Shown: piece by piece, positions 14,141 through 26,470 of the stretch
How the letters are laid out: each line of letters begins with the position of its first letter
Numbering within the stretch: the stretch's first letter is position 1
NCBI GenBank assembly: GCA_038087875.1
Contig: CM075988.1
Span: 4,588,001-4,652,000, forward strand
Source: Malacoraja senta
Taxonomy: Eukaryota
Reading direction: 5' to 3'
Length of the DNA: 64,000 nucleotides
Translations under genes and position numbers: made by a program
Notes under the pieces: generated by a model
The model's input: the letters and a program-made list of their open reading frames with translations, nothing else
Databases searched by the model: none
What the model was told of the DNA's origin: nothing

Positions 14141-15099
14141 GAGCATTGTTCCTCTCTGCCTAAACTCCTACATCCTCATGGAAATCAGTGATGAGTATTG
14201 GTACGGCTGATACAAGCTGAGTGAGGCAGAAGGTGGCAGTAACAATCTTCTGGCCAATGATGACATAACAATAAATGGCCCTAGGAAGGAATCTGAATCT
14301 GTGCAATGTTTGATGCCACAGGGCCCAGGCAAACATGAAAAGGTCAAACAGTAAATGTCCTTCTCCTTCTCCTAATTCACCATGTATTGTACCCCTTTCC
14401 CCCTTCCTGTCAGGTTTTATATTTCACTTCCCCACTTGTACTTATGGAATCCTTCGAAAACAATTGCAGAGGAGGCCTTATGTCCTTTAGGTCTCTGCAA
14501 GGGTTTCCGCTGCTCATTCCCCACGGCTCTGAACTCCATTTCCTTCAAATTGTTGTTTAGTTTAGAGGTACAGCAGGAAAACAGGCCCTTCAGCCCACCG
14601 TCCACACCGAACAGCGATCCCCGTACACTAACACACTAGAGACAATTTACAATCTTTACCAAAGCCAATTAACCTACAAAGTCATCAGTCACCATTCCAC
14701 CAAGTAGATGTCTTCCTGGAGACTAGGAATAGTCCTTTATTCAAGTCATCAATGTGCAGAAGGATTGGTCCCAGCACCAATCACATGGAAACTTAACATG
14801 CCTTCTAATAGAGTTTCTGACGCACAGCTCCAGCGATGTGGGTTCAATCCTGACCTCCGGTGCTGTCTGTGTGGAGTTTGCACCTCCTCCCCATGATCAC
14901 ATGGGTTTTCCCCAGCTGTTCCAGTTTCCTCCTACATCCCGAAGACTAGTGAGTCGTTTGGATAATTGGCTGTTGTACATTTTCCAGGTGTGTGTGGGTG
15001 AGTGGAAGGACCTGGAGAGAGATGATGGGAAAGTGCTGGCTGAGTAAACTCCTGTCACATAATTGCTATGCACAATGTGTGACGACAGACCCTATTTCC

Positions 15100-15700
15100 A
15101 CTCTGAGTACAGAAGTTGGGAGGTCATGTTGCAGTTGTATAAGACGTTGGTGAGGCCGCATTTAGAGTATTGTGTTCAGTTCTGGGCACCATGTTACAGG
15201 AAAGATGTTGTCAAGCTGGAAAAGTTACAGATAAGATTTACGAGGATGTTGCCATGACCAGAGGGTCTGAGCTATGGGGGGAGGTTGAGTAGGCTGGGAC
15301 TCTATTCCTTGGAGGATGAGGGGAGATCTTATAGATGTGTATAAAATCATGTGAAAAATAGTTCAGGCAGATGCACAGAATCTCTTGCCCAAAGTAGGTG
15401 AATCGAGGACCAGAGACCATAGGTTTAAGGTGAATGGGAAAAGATTTGATAGGAATCTGAGGGGTAACTTTTTCATACAAAGGGTGGTGGGTGTATGGAA
15501 CAAGCTGCCAGAGGAGGTAGCTGAGGCAGGGATTATTCTAACATTTAAAAAACAGTTAGACAGGTACAGGGATAGTACAGGTTTGGAGGGATATGGGCCA
15601 AACGTGGGCAGGTGGGACTAGTGTAGCTGGGCATGTTGGCCGGTGTGGGCAAGTTGGGCCGAAGGGCCTGTTTCCACACTGTATCGTCTATGATTCTATG
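15100..15700 (+). mobile_element. CR1/HER1 LINE 3' part
   Basis: YKTLVRPHLEYCVQFWAP; 3' tail gggccgaagggcctgtttcc shared with the SINE. Confidence 0.9.
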
Positions 15701-16169
15701 ACACGCTCTACAATACTATGACTAAGCAGCTGTCTGTTTGTCAAAAATACATATTTATTATGACTTTTGTTTCCTGTCACAACGACAAGTCCATATCCAT
15801 GTTGCCTCTTCCTCTTTTAATCCACAGGTTTAAACTAAGCTGACACATCTACAGGGGCACTTTGTCAAATGCATATGCATCACATCAACTGGCTTGCCCT
15901 CTCTGACTCTCCATGTTACTTCATTAGAAACTCCATTAATTAGTTAAAAACAAGTTGTGTTTTACAAATACACACTGATTTCCATTAACTGATGTAATCT
16001 TACTGAAGGAAGTTAATTTTCTCTTAGATTATTGATTCTAGAACTTTCCCCACATCTCGGGTTGAGATGACTGCTTGGCGTTACTAACACAAGGGATAAG
16101 TGTCACAAACCACTCTCTCTCTGCTCCTGCGCCCCATTGAACAGGGTGTTCATAAGGTTACATTATGGC

Positions 16170-16725
16170 TCTTCCACTAGTAGGAGAGTCTAGGACCAGG
16201 GGCCACAGTCTCAGAATAAAAGGACGTACCTGACAGGAGATGAGAAGGAATTTCTTTAGTCAAAGGGTGATGAATGTGTGGAATTTAATGCTGTGTACTG
16301 CTGTGGAGGCCAGGTCATTGGGTATTTTTAAGGCGCAGGTTGACAGATTCTTGATGAGTAAGGGCATCAGGGGTTAAGCGGAGAAGGCAGGAGAATGTGG
16401 TGAAGAGGGAAAGATAGATCAGGCATGATTCAATGACGGAGTAGACTTGATGGGCTGAATGGCTTAATTCTGCTCCAATAATATGAATATATGAACATGA
16501 AGGCCGTCACCTCCATCTGGATCGTCCAGCTAACAGTTGTCCCTCTCCTCAGATACGTTTGTAAACCCTATTGAGATGTATAAAATTCTTAGAGGGCTGG
16601 GCAGCATAATGCTGAGAATTTTATTTCCTCTCATGAAAGAGCGCGTATCCACAGGTTTGATCTCAGAATAAGGCAACATCCATTGGAGACTGAGACGAGA
16701 AAGAATGTATTCGCTCGGCGGGTGG
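16170..16725 (+). mobile_element. CR1 LINE fragments
   Basis: ESRTRGHSLRIKG-type sequence and CR1 tail. Confidence 0.75.
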
Positions 16726-16822
16726 TGGTGGTACGGTATATATGTGTATAAGTGAGTATGTGAAAAAATCTACACACCTGAATATTTGTTCTTGTTTTTT
16801 ACATTGTTTACTGTACTATGTT

Positions 16823-16876
16823 GGGGTGGGAGATTGCAACCTTCACGTGGTCCACCCAGTTTCGACTAATGCAATC
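16823..16876 (+). ncRNA. HDV-like self-cleaving ribozyme (predicted)
   Basis: P1 GGGGTGG/CCACCC(A), P2 GATTGCA/TGCAATC, P3 ACC/GGT, L3 TTCACGT, minimal P4 T-TTCG-A, J4/2 C-TAA; element order matches the HDV nested double pseudoknot. Confidence 0.75.
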
Positions 16877-16959
16877 AACCCGACGTGCACCAACAAATAG
16901 ATGTCATGTTTTGGTGTCTGCAGCTTTAGGCTGTGCACACCATACGCAAGAAGAAGAAG
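16823..16959 (+). mobile_element. Short non-autonomous retroposon, family A (Ingi/Vingi-like), with 5' HDV-like ribozyme
   Basis: Ends in GCAAGAAGAAGAAG; imperfect TSD tactatgtt (16814-16822) / cacaatgtt (16960-16968); second copy at 59821-59936. Confidence 0.8.
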
Positions 16960-17949
16960 CACAATGTTTACATATTCTGTTGTGCTGCTGCAAGTAAGAA
17001 TGTCATTGTTCTGTCAGGGCGGAACAGTGGCGTAGCGGTAGAGTCTCTGCCTTACAGTGCCAGAGACCCGGGTTTGATCCTGACTATGGGTGCAGTCTGT
17101 ACAGAGTTTGGATGTTCTCCCCGTGACCTGTGCGGATTTTCTCCGAGAGCTTTGTTTTTCTTCCACACTCCAAAGACGTACAGGTTTGTAGGTTGATTAT
17201 TTAGGTGTAAATGTAAAATTGTCCTTAGTGAGTGTAGGACAGTGTTAATGTGCGGGGATTGCTGGTTGGTGCGGACTCAGTGGGCCAAAGGGCCTGTTTA
17301 ACAGGCTTTTTAAGGACATGGATATGCAGGGAATGTATTAAATGCATGCAAAGGAGTTGAGTTTAACTTGGCATCATATTTGGCACAGGCATTGTGGGCT
17401 GAAGGGCCTGTTCCTGTGCTCTGCTGTTCAATGTTCTATGTTGTCCAGTGCACTCTGGTTTGGTTTTTGCCTTCATTGATTAGAATCACACAGACAGGAT
17501 GGAAGAGAACAGCACAGGAACAGATGGCCCACGGTGTCAATGCCGAACATGATGCCAGGACCAAAACTTAAATTTTACTTCGGAGTCACGTGAGTGACTT
17601 CGTGAAGACCCCGTCCAGCACGCATGCGCGACATTAGCGTTCACGCAGTGCAACAGCGACGACCGGGAGTACAGGCGCTCCCGCTACACGTCGGTGAAAA
17701 CTAAACAGCGGACCATCAGGTAAGTCTTACACTGAGGTCGTAATCCGCAAGCTGTGCTCTGCTCTCTATTCCAGAGGAACTGGGAACAGGAGCAGCACGG
17801 CAAAGGAAGAAAACCGCCCCCCGTTCGACTCCAACAGAACGGGAGTGTTCCATCAGTGGGGGGCGAGAGGCGGCACCTGGACCGCATATGCTGCGGTCCA
17901 CCCTCATCGAGACCGAGCCGAGCCCAGTCCCGCTAGCGCAGCCTGATGA

Positions 17950-19010
17950 GCGGCAGCGGGCTGGAAGTAAAGTTTAAGCAAACAAACAAACAAACAAACC
18001 GGCCGGTTATGTCTGACTCCGATGAGGAGGGTCCGCCTTAGAGCGGCAGAGCTAGCCGCCTGAGCCGAATGAAAAGGCTCATGGAGCAACTGCTCCAGCG
18101 AGACTTGCTTCAGGAGCTACAGCAGTCTCGCCAGGGGGATCAGGCACTCCCACAGCAGTGCTCTATAAATGCACTGGCCATCGCTTTCCCCTCAAAGCAG
18201 GGCAGCGTTGGCGACCAGGGCTGGGCTGGTCAGGAAGAGGGGTCATTGGCTGAAGATGTCGGGAGTACGCTTGGGGTACAGGATCAGGAAGAGCTGCTGG
18301 GTGTGGAGATCCGCTACGTGGTTTCACCACGAGCAGGGCGGCCATTGGAGCCAAAACTGGCGGCCAGCATCAACCACCTGTCCCTCAAACCCCTACAAGA
18401 CAGGTACTTAATGAGGCACTAGAGCTGGAAAACTGCAGTTCGCTCAATGTACCGGCTGTTAACAGCCAAATCTGGGGGGGGGGGGGGACAGAGTATCCGG
18501 AACCAGGAGCTAAAATCCTCAAGCTCCTGACGACAGGGATAACAGCCTATGCTCGTTCCGTGGATGGGGTGGATATGACCACAAACCAGCAAGACACTCT
18601 GGCTCTGCTGTGCTACACCCAATATGAGATAAATAACCTCCGCAAGGAGAGAATAAGACCTGCCCTCAATCCCAGGTTTGCAGGACTGTGTAAAACACCG
18701 GCCTCAGAGCCGCAGATCCTGTTATTAGGAAGGACAAGTGAAAGACCTGGAGGAGGAGTCCAAAGCATTTGGCCTCATGAGGGCAGGCCCCGGAACGAGC
18801 AGACCCACACAAAAAAAAAAACCAGACGGCAGTACCCCACCGCGTCCACCAGTCAAGGTCAAATTTATGTCACTGGTGAAAGCTCGGGGTCCGCATACTA
18901 TCCCCGAAAGCCTTTTTAGGCCAGGGCCCAGAGCGGACCCCATGGAAAATGCGCCACCCCCAATCAGCAGTACATCAACAGTACATCCAGCAGTATAACG
19001 ACCGATGAAC
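17950..19010 (+). pseudogene. DIRS gag-like ORF (frameshifted)
   Basis: GRPLEPKLAASINHL and ALLCYTQYEINNLRKERIRPALNPRFAGLCK align with the gag-like ORFs of the second DIRS (GEPLGEELASLINYL, LLCSTHFEINYLRK, IRPTMNPKYAALCK). Confidence 0.7.
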
Positions 19011-19039
19011 AAACGGAAGAAAGGAACACTACCATAACC

Positions 19040-20940
19040 ATGGAGGTAGGTGGGTTTGGTTCCTACCAGCATGTAAATGGGGAACTGTACTAACAGGAGG
19101 TGTCTCACGAATGATAGTTATATACTTAACAGTATTCGGGGATACAAAATAGAGTTCATTCACGAAAACATGCCACCAGTTCAGCACGTACCCAAAGGGT
19201 CTTTACCCTCTCAGTCAAAGAGAACTAGAGGCTCAAGCAGAACTGGTGAGGTTACTTACAAAGGGTGTCATTGAGAAATCCAAACATGATCCTTTGGAAT
19301 TTGTCTCAAATATATTTACCAAAAGTAAAAAAGATGGTGGATGTCGCATCATCATTGACTTAACCTCACTAAATACCTTTGTTAAGTATGTACATTTCAA
19401 AATGGAAACATTTGTAACTGCTAAACAACTGATTTCCAAAGGATACTTTATGGCAAGCATTGATCTAAAAGATGCCTACTATTCAGTACCCATTCACAAG
19501 GGTCATCGCAGATACCTGAAAATTTACCTGGATGGGGCAACTATGGCAGTATAAAGTATTGCCTAATGGGTTGACATCAGCCTTAGACTATTTACCAAGA
19601 TATTAAAACCAGCCTTGGCAACATTAGCGAAACAAAGACATATTGTCATGGCGTATCTTGATGATATCCTAATAGTTGGCAAAACCATGGAGTTGGCTAA
19701 ATCAGCTGTATTAGCTACCAAATAATAGTTTGAAACCCTGGGTTTGTCATACATCCAGATAAATCTAAGTTGACGCCATCCACAACTATGGACTATCTGG
19801 GATTCAATTAACTCAATCCACATGTCTGTAACGTTGCCAAAAGGTAAAGCAGCAGAATTGGCACAGATGTGCAACAATTTAATGGTAAGCAATCGACCAA
19901 CCATCCCACAAGTGGCAAGAGTAATTGGCAAAATGGTAGCAGCATTTTCAGCTACACAATTTGGACTCCTGCACTATCAGCACCTACAAAGGGCAAAAGT
20001 ACAGGCGTTGAAACGACATGCAGGTCACTTTGACAGATCCATGAAACTACCCATTGAAGCAATATCAGAGTTACAATGGTGCATATAACACATTTGGCAT
20101 AGTTCCAGCCCTATCATCATCAATAACCCAACGTTAACTATACAAACAGATGCCAGTGCTCAAGGCTGGGGAGCAACTAATACCATATCCAGCACAGGTG
20201 GTAGATGGACTAACCTAGACTCGTCTTTACTACAAACACTGGGCATAAATTATTTGGAAATGTTGGGTGCGTTTTATGGTTTTAAAGCATATTCTAGGAA
20301 TATGCACAACTTGCATGTTCATTTACAAATTGATAAATATCACGGTGGTGGCCTATATTAACCATATGGCCGGAATAAAATCGATATCATGTGACAATTG
20401 GGTCAACACAATCTGGTAATGGTGGGTCGATAGACATTTTTGGCTATCAGCAACTTACCTACCAGGTAAGCTAAATACAGTGCCAGGTCATGCAAATTCA
20501 ATGATAAACACCAAATGGATGTTAAATCCTAGAGCTTTGCTAAAATTACAAACCAATATGGCACACCAGATATCGATCTCTTTGCATCCAGACTAAATCA
20601 CCACGTACCAATGTATGTCCCTTGGGAACCACACCCTGAGGCAGCAGCGATAGATGCATTCGCGCTGAACTGGGGGACAGATTTCTTCTATGCTTTTTCC
20701 CCTTCTGCCTTAATCTGTAGGGTACTACGCAAAATACAGATGGACTCTGCTTCAGGTATTTTGATAGTACCAACTGGCCTACACAGCCATGATTCCCAGT
20801 GGTCCTCGACATGGTCATCGACACTCCTATGACCTTTCCCAGTAGCCCAGACCTATTGACGCACCCTGTATCAGGCATAAGTCATCCATGCCATGCCAAA
20901 ATTAACCTACTGGGTTGCAGATTATCAAAAGACCACTGCT
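19040..20940 (+). pseudogene. DIRS RT / RNase H / Dam-like methyltransferase (disrupted)
   Basis: RIIIDL, HFKMET, ASIDLKDAYYSVPI, AYLDD, QTDASAQGWG, INYLEML, PDIDLFASRLN, IDAFALNWG..FYAFSP motifs, with stops and frameshifts. Confidence 0.9.
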
Positions 20941-20984
20941 GGGACTGGGATTGTCTGACAGGACCATCAACATGATGACACCGT

Positions 20985-21900
20985 ATGTCCACCAGGAAAC
21001 AATACCTATCGAGCATCAGGAAGTGGGAAAGATACTGCTCGACTACTGGGACAACGTACTCATCTGCAACCATAACCAATGTACTGGAGTTCCTGGGGAG
21101 CCTTCACCATAATGAAGGATTGAGCTACAGCGCCATCAATACTGCCAGACGTGCGCTGTCAGCCTACTTAAAACAGGTGCCAGGACAACAGGCCATAGGG
21201 TCTCACCCGCTGGTGATCAAACTCATGAGGAGTATCGTCAACTCCAACCCTCTTAGACCTAGGTATACACAAATCTGGGATGTCAGTGTGGTCCTGACAT
21301 ACCTAAGGGGATGGTCCCCAGCCAGGTCTCTCACCCTGGAAAAGCTAACCCTGAAAACGGTCATGCTGATGCTACTAGTCTCAGCACAAAGAGTCCAGTC
21401 CCTCCACTTACTGCGACTGGACAACATGGTTATAACACCAGACCGGGTCTCATTCACCATTCAGGAGCTGCTAAAGCAGAGCAAGCCAGGAACTTGAGTC
21501 CTAGTTATGGATTTCCGGGCATACCCACCTGACCTACGGTTGTGTGTCATGACTCACTTATTAACTTACATCAACACAACAAGAGATTCTCGAGGGAGAA
21601 GGGAAAAAAAATATATATATATATAAATAAATAAATAAATAAATAAATTAAAAAGCCTTATGGGTCAGCCACAAGAAACCTCAAGGTTGGGTGTCGAGCC
21701 AAACCATCTCGAGATGGCTCAAGCAGGTACTGGGAGCTGCTGGAGTAGATACTGATGTATATACATCTCACTCCACCAGGGCAGCATCCACATCGGCGGC
21801 TAAAAGAATGAACATGGAGAAAACGTTCCAAACGTTCTACCACAAGCCGCTAGCAGAACCTGTGTTATTTGCAGAAAGAGTTTTAAAATCTGCAAAATTA
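20985..21900 (+). pseudogene. DIRS tyrosine recombinase (disrupted)
   Basis: LSYSAINTARRALS, RPRYTQIWDV, SAQRVQSL, KQSKPG, TISRWLK, HSTRAAS; microsatellite insertion at about 21600-21655. Confidence 0.9.
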
Positions 21901-23754
21901 TATAATTTAAGCCCGGGGGAGCATTTTGTCTTTTGTTATTGTTTAATAGATACCATTATTGTTTACAAACAGATTATGGTTGATTACGATAACATACTTC
22001 CTCCCTTGAATGACTTCGGCAGCGAGTGAAGTATGAACTGTTACACGGTTTGAAATCACAGAGCTTTGAAGTCTTCACGAAGTCACTCACGTGACTCCGA
22101 AGTAAAATAGTAAGATTAAACGAGAACTTACCAGTTTGAAGTTTGATCTGTATTTTATGAGGAGTTACGATGAGGGATTACGTGCCCTCCGCTCCCACCC
22201 TCAAATATATAGATCAACAGGTATCTTAGTTCTCCTTTTCTTTACTATGTTTATTTCAATTATTGTGTTTCCTGTGATTCCACACCGCTGCTTTGAAGAA
22301 TGTCGCGCATGCGTGCTGGACGGGGTCTTCACGTAATCCCTCATCGTAACTCCTCATAAAATACAGATCAAACTTCAAACTGGTAAGTTCTCGTTTAATC
22401 TTACTATTCTATTGCAGTTTTACTTGCTAATATTTAATTCCAGTTTGCCTGGATTAAATTAGTTCCACTATACTGTATATTCTAAAATATACATTACACT
22501 AAAATTAAGCTGATGCTGTACAGTTAATTTAAGTCGTTCAATCAGACAATGCCATGATCATTATTAACTCAATGTTCCCCAAAATTTGCCAAGATGGGTT
22601 TCCAGAACCAGAGTCAGTATTGTCTCAGACTAAACATGACTGAAACAAAGCAGAAAATGCTGGGAAAGGGACAGGGCCATAGATAGAAAGAGGAATAGGA
22701 CAACCCAGTGGCGCAGCTGATAGAGCTGCTGGCTCATTGCACCGAGGTTCCAGGTTCGATCCTGACCTCGAGCACTGTCCGTATGTAGTTTGAACATATC
22801 CCCTGTCTGAAGAATGGTTGCAACCCGAACGTCACCTACTCCTTTTCTCCAGAGACGCTGCCTGACCCGCAGAGTTACTCCAGCACTTTGTGTCTAACCC
22901 CTGTGACCGTGTGGGTTTCCTCCAGGTGCTCGTGTTTCCTCCTACATTCTAAAGATGTGAATTTGCAGGTTAATTGGCCTCTGTAAATTGTCCCTAATGT
23001 GTAGGGAGTGGGTGCAAAAGTGGGATGTCAGAGAACTAGTGTGAACGGGTGATCGGTGGTCGTCGTCAATTCAATGGCGGAAGGATCTGTTTCCATGCTC
23101 GTTGTCTAAACTAAACTAAACTAAACTAAAAGGGTCTCGACCTGAAACATCACCTGAAGAAAGGTCTCAACATGAAATATCACCTATTACTTTTTTCCAG
23201 AGATGCTGCCTGATCTGCTGAGTTACTCCAGCATTTTTTAGTTTAGTTTAGTTTAGTTTATTGTCACGTGTACCGAGGTACAGTGAAAAGCTTTTGTTGC
23301 GTACTAACCAGTCGGCAGAAAGACAATACATGATTACAATCGAGCCATTCACAGTGTACAGATACTTGATAAAGGGAATAATGGGAAAAAATGTTCAGTG
23401 CATTTTGTGCTTATCTTCAGTGCAAACTAGCATTTGCAGTTCCTTCCTCCAGATATTATGGATATTGCAATTATAGTGCAGAGATAGTTGACGAGTACAA
23501 TACACTCACTTGGATTTTTATATTCATGATTCAATTGCAATGCATAAATCTTGAAACTACTTCTGACCCCTGAATATAAAGTTAGCCCAGCTCTGCATCC
23601 ACAGATGACAGACACTAATCAGGGTCAAATAGGCAGCTCAACAACACGACATTACAATGACCTGAATAAAATTGACTGTAATTGTGTCTGTAATTTGGAA
23701 AAGGCAAGCATGCTATTAGAATACAGCAATGTGCACAACCCCATGAGAGTTATT

Positions 23755-23978
23755 TAGGAAGGAACTGTAGATGCTGATTTAAACCGAAGATAGACACGAA
23801 ATGCTGGAGCAACCCAGCGGGACAGGCAGCATCTTTGGATAGAAAGAATGGGTGTAGGGTCTCGACCGAAAACGTCACCCATTCCTTCTATCCAGAGATG
23901 CTGCCTGTCCCGTTGAATTGATATGGCATTTTGTGTCTATCTCTGGTTTAAACCAGCATCTGCAGTTCCTTCCTACAC
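23755..23978. repeat. Inverted (fold-back) pair of Penelope pLTR fragments; representative of more than 20 pLTR copies in the window
   Basis: About 100-bp arms taggaaggaactg..gggtg / caccc..cagttccttccta. Confidence 0.8.
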
Positions 23979-24914
23979 ATCATGGTAAAACTCTTCTGTC
24001 TACCTCATGAGAGTGGGCAGGGGGGCAGGAGTGCAAGGGTCAGTGCAGTCATTTAAGGAGGTCAAAAGAATGCTTTGTAAGATTTGTTTTGCTGAAGTTT
24101 GATGTTTAACCATTCTATGTGGGTCAAAAAACAACTTGTGCTGTCACAATACAATAACTAACTCAGGTTGAGGGTAAACTCCACAAAGTCTGCGTTCACT
24201 CCTTCCTCATGCATTATGAGTAGAAAAATGTTATGTAAATGTCCAGGCAGCTGGCAGTATGTCTAGGCGTGATCTATATTCGATGACATTTTAATGAAGG
24301 TTTTTTTTCCATAAACCTTATCACATCATTAAAAGCACTTGCAATGAATAATGTATTCCTTGGTTTGATGTTAGCAAACTGGGGCAATGGCCTACTTTCA
24401 GAACATTACATCTTGACTATCCTCTGAAGAAGTCTGAAGAAGAGTCCCGACATGAAACATCACCCATTCCTTCTCTCCAGGGATGCTGCCTGTCCCGCTG
24501 AGCTACGCCAGCTATTTGTGTCCATCTCTGACTATCCTCTTCTTTAGTTCCTTCTCCACATGTATCAAAGAGATGAATCAGACCATTTTAAGGTTCTACG
24601 GATCCATCTGTTAATTCAAAGTACCTCACACAACAGAGGATGTTGGCCATTGAACATCTCAGCATTAGTAATGTGGAGGAAGGAACTGCAGATGCTGGTT
24701 TACACCAAAGATAGTCACAAAATGCTGAAGTAACTCAGTGGGACAGGCAGTATCCCTGGAAAGAGGAATGGGCGACTTTTCGGGTCGAGACCCTTCTTCA
24801 GAACTGAGTTACTCCAGCAATTTGTGTCTATCTTCAGCCCAAGAAATCCCTGTAGGTGTTTCTAAGGCCGGTGTCTTAACTTAATTAGTATTTTCTCCCC
24901 TATGTTGACCTCAG

Positions 24915-25590
24915 AAGTGAAGACTGAAAGTAAGCATGCAGGTACAGCAGGCAGTGAAGAAAGCTAATGGCATGTTGGCCTTCATAACAAGAGGATTTGA
25001 GTATAGGAGCAAAGAGGTCCTTCTGCAGTTGTACAGGGCCCTGATGAGACCATACCTGGAGAATTGTGTGCAGTTTTGGTCTCCTAATTTGAGGAAGGGC
25101 ATTCTTGCTATTGAGGGAGTGCAGCGCAGGTTTACCAGGTTAATTCCCGGGATGGCAGGACTGACATATTATGAAAGAATGGAATGACTGGGCTTGTATT
25201 CACTGGAATTTAGGAGGATGAGAGGGGATCTTATAGAAACATATAAAATTATTAAGGGATTGGACAGGCTAGATGCAGGATGCATGTGCCCGATGTTCGG
25301 GGAGTCCTGAACCAGGGTCCTCAGTTTAAGAATAAGGGGCTGGTCATTTAGAACTGAGAGGAGGAAAAACGTTTTCACCCAAAAAGTTGTGAATTTGTGG
25401 AATTCTCTTCCTCAGAAGGCGGTGGAGGCCAATTCACTGGATGTTTTCAAAAGAGGGTTGATAGAGCTCTTTGGGCTAGCGGAATCAAGGGATATGGGGA
25501 GAAGGACTAATTGGGGATGATCAGCCATGATCACATTGAAGGGCCGAATGGCCTACTCCTGCACCTATATATGTTTCTATGTTTCTATGA
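24915..25590 (+). mobile_element. CR1 LINE 3' part
   Basis: QVQQAVKKANGMLAFI..LYRALMRPYLENCVQFWSP. Confidence 0.9.
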
Positions 25591-26280
25591 CGGTTGGAGG
25601 TTGTTGCATGTTTGACCTGGGGCTTGCATCTGGCTCTCACGTGAGGCCCAGTCACCCTCCAAATTGGTGCTCAGGTTGGGATAGCTCACAAGGAAAATCT
25701 CATACAGCAGTAGTGAGTTTCTCCAGCATGTCAGTTTATTTAAGTATGTACCGTGGAGCATTCCTCACAAAAGTCAGAACATCAAGAGTAAAGGATGTTT
25801 TATCGTCATATGCACCAAAGTGGAACAGATATTCTTCTTTACAGCAGTACAACAGATATGTAAACATGATACTCAGTTGATACCCTAATAAACAACCAAA
25901 ATAATGTTTAAGAAGGAACTGCAGATGCTGGAAAATCAAAGGTAGAACAACCAAAATAATGTTGATAACTTAAAAGCAAATGTAATGCAATCATAGAAAC
26001 AAGGTCCGAAATCCTTAGTCCAATCAAGGCAGTTAATTGTTTGGAGTTTAGTTGGTTAGCGGTGTTCAATTGCCTGATAGTTTAGGTTAGTTTAGTTTAG
26101 AGATACAGCATGGAAACAGGCCCTTCGGCCCAACGAGTACACACTGCAGTCCAGCGATCCCCACACATTAACACTACCCTACACACACTCGGGACAATTT
26201 ACACATACACCAAACCAATTAACCTATAAACCTGTACATCTTTGGAGTGTGGGAGGAAACTGAAGATCTCGGAGAAAACC

Positions 26281-26470
26281 CTGGATGTTATACGTTTCAG
26301 GTTCCTATATCTTCTTCCCGATGGGAGGAGTGAAATGAGAGTGTGGCCAGGGTGGTGTGGGTCTCTGATGATGCTGGCTACTTTTTTGAGGCAGCGACTC
26401 GTGTAGATCCCTTGGATGGTGGGGAGGTCAGAATCCGTGATGGACTCGTCAGTGTTCCAACATGCTCCGG
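26281..26470 (-). mobile_element. Rex1/Babar fragment
   Basis: LPTIQGIYTSRCLKKVASIIRDPHHPGH..LPSGRRYR. Confidence 0.75.

Larger units (their letters stand above)
17572..22408 (+). mobile_element. DIRS1-like tyrosine-recombinase retrotransposon, full length, decayed
   Basis: ITRs (17601-17635 complementary to 22299-22333); ICR 22071-22183 complementary to both termini; gag-RT-RH-MT-YR remnants; ATT at both ends. Confidence 0.95.

Noticed and set aside
22071..22408. Stand-alone long hairpin or miRNA precursor
   Set aside because: Explained by the DIRS ICR and right terminus
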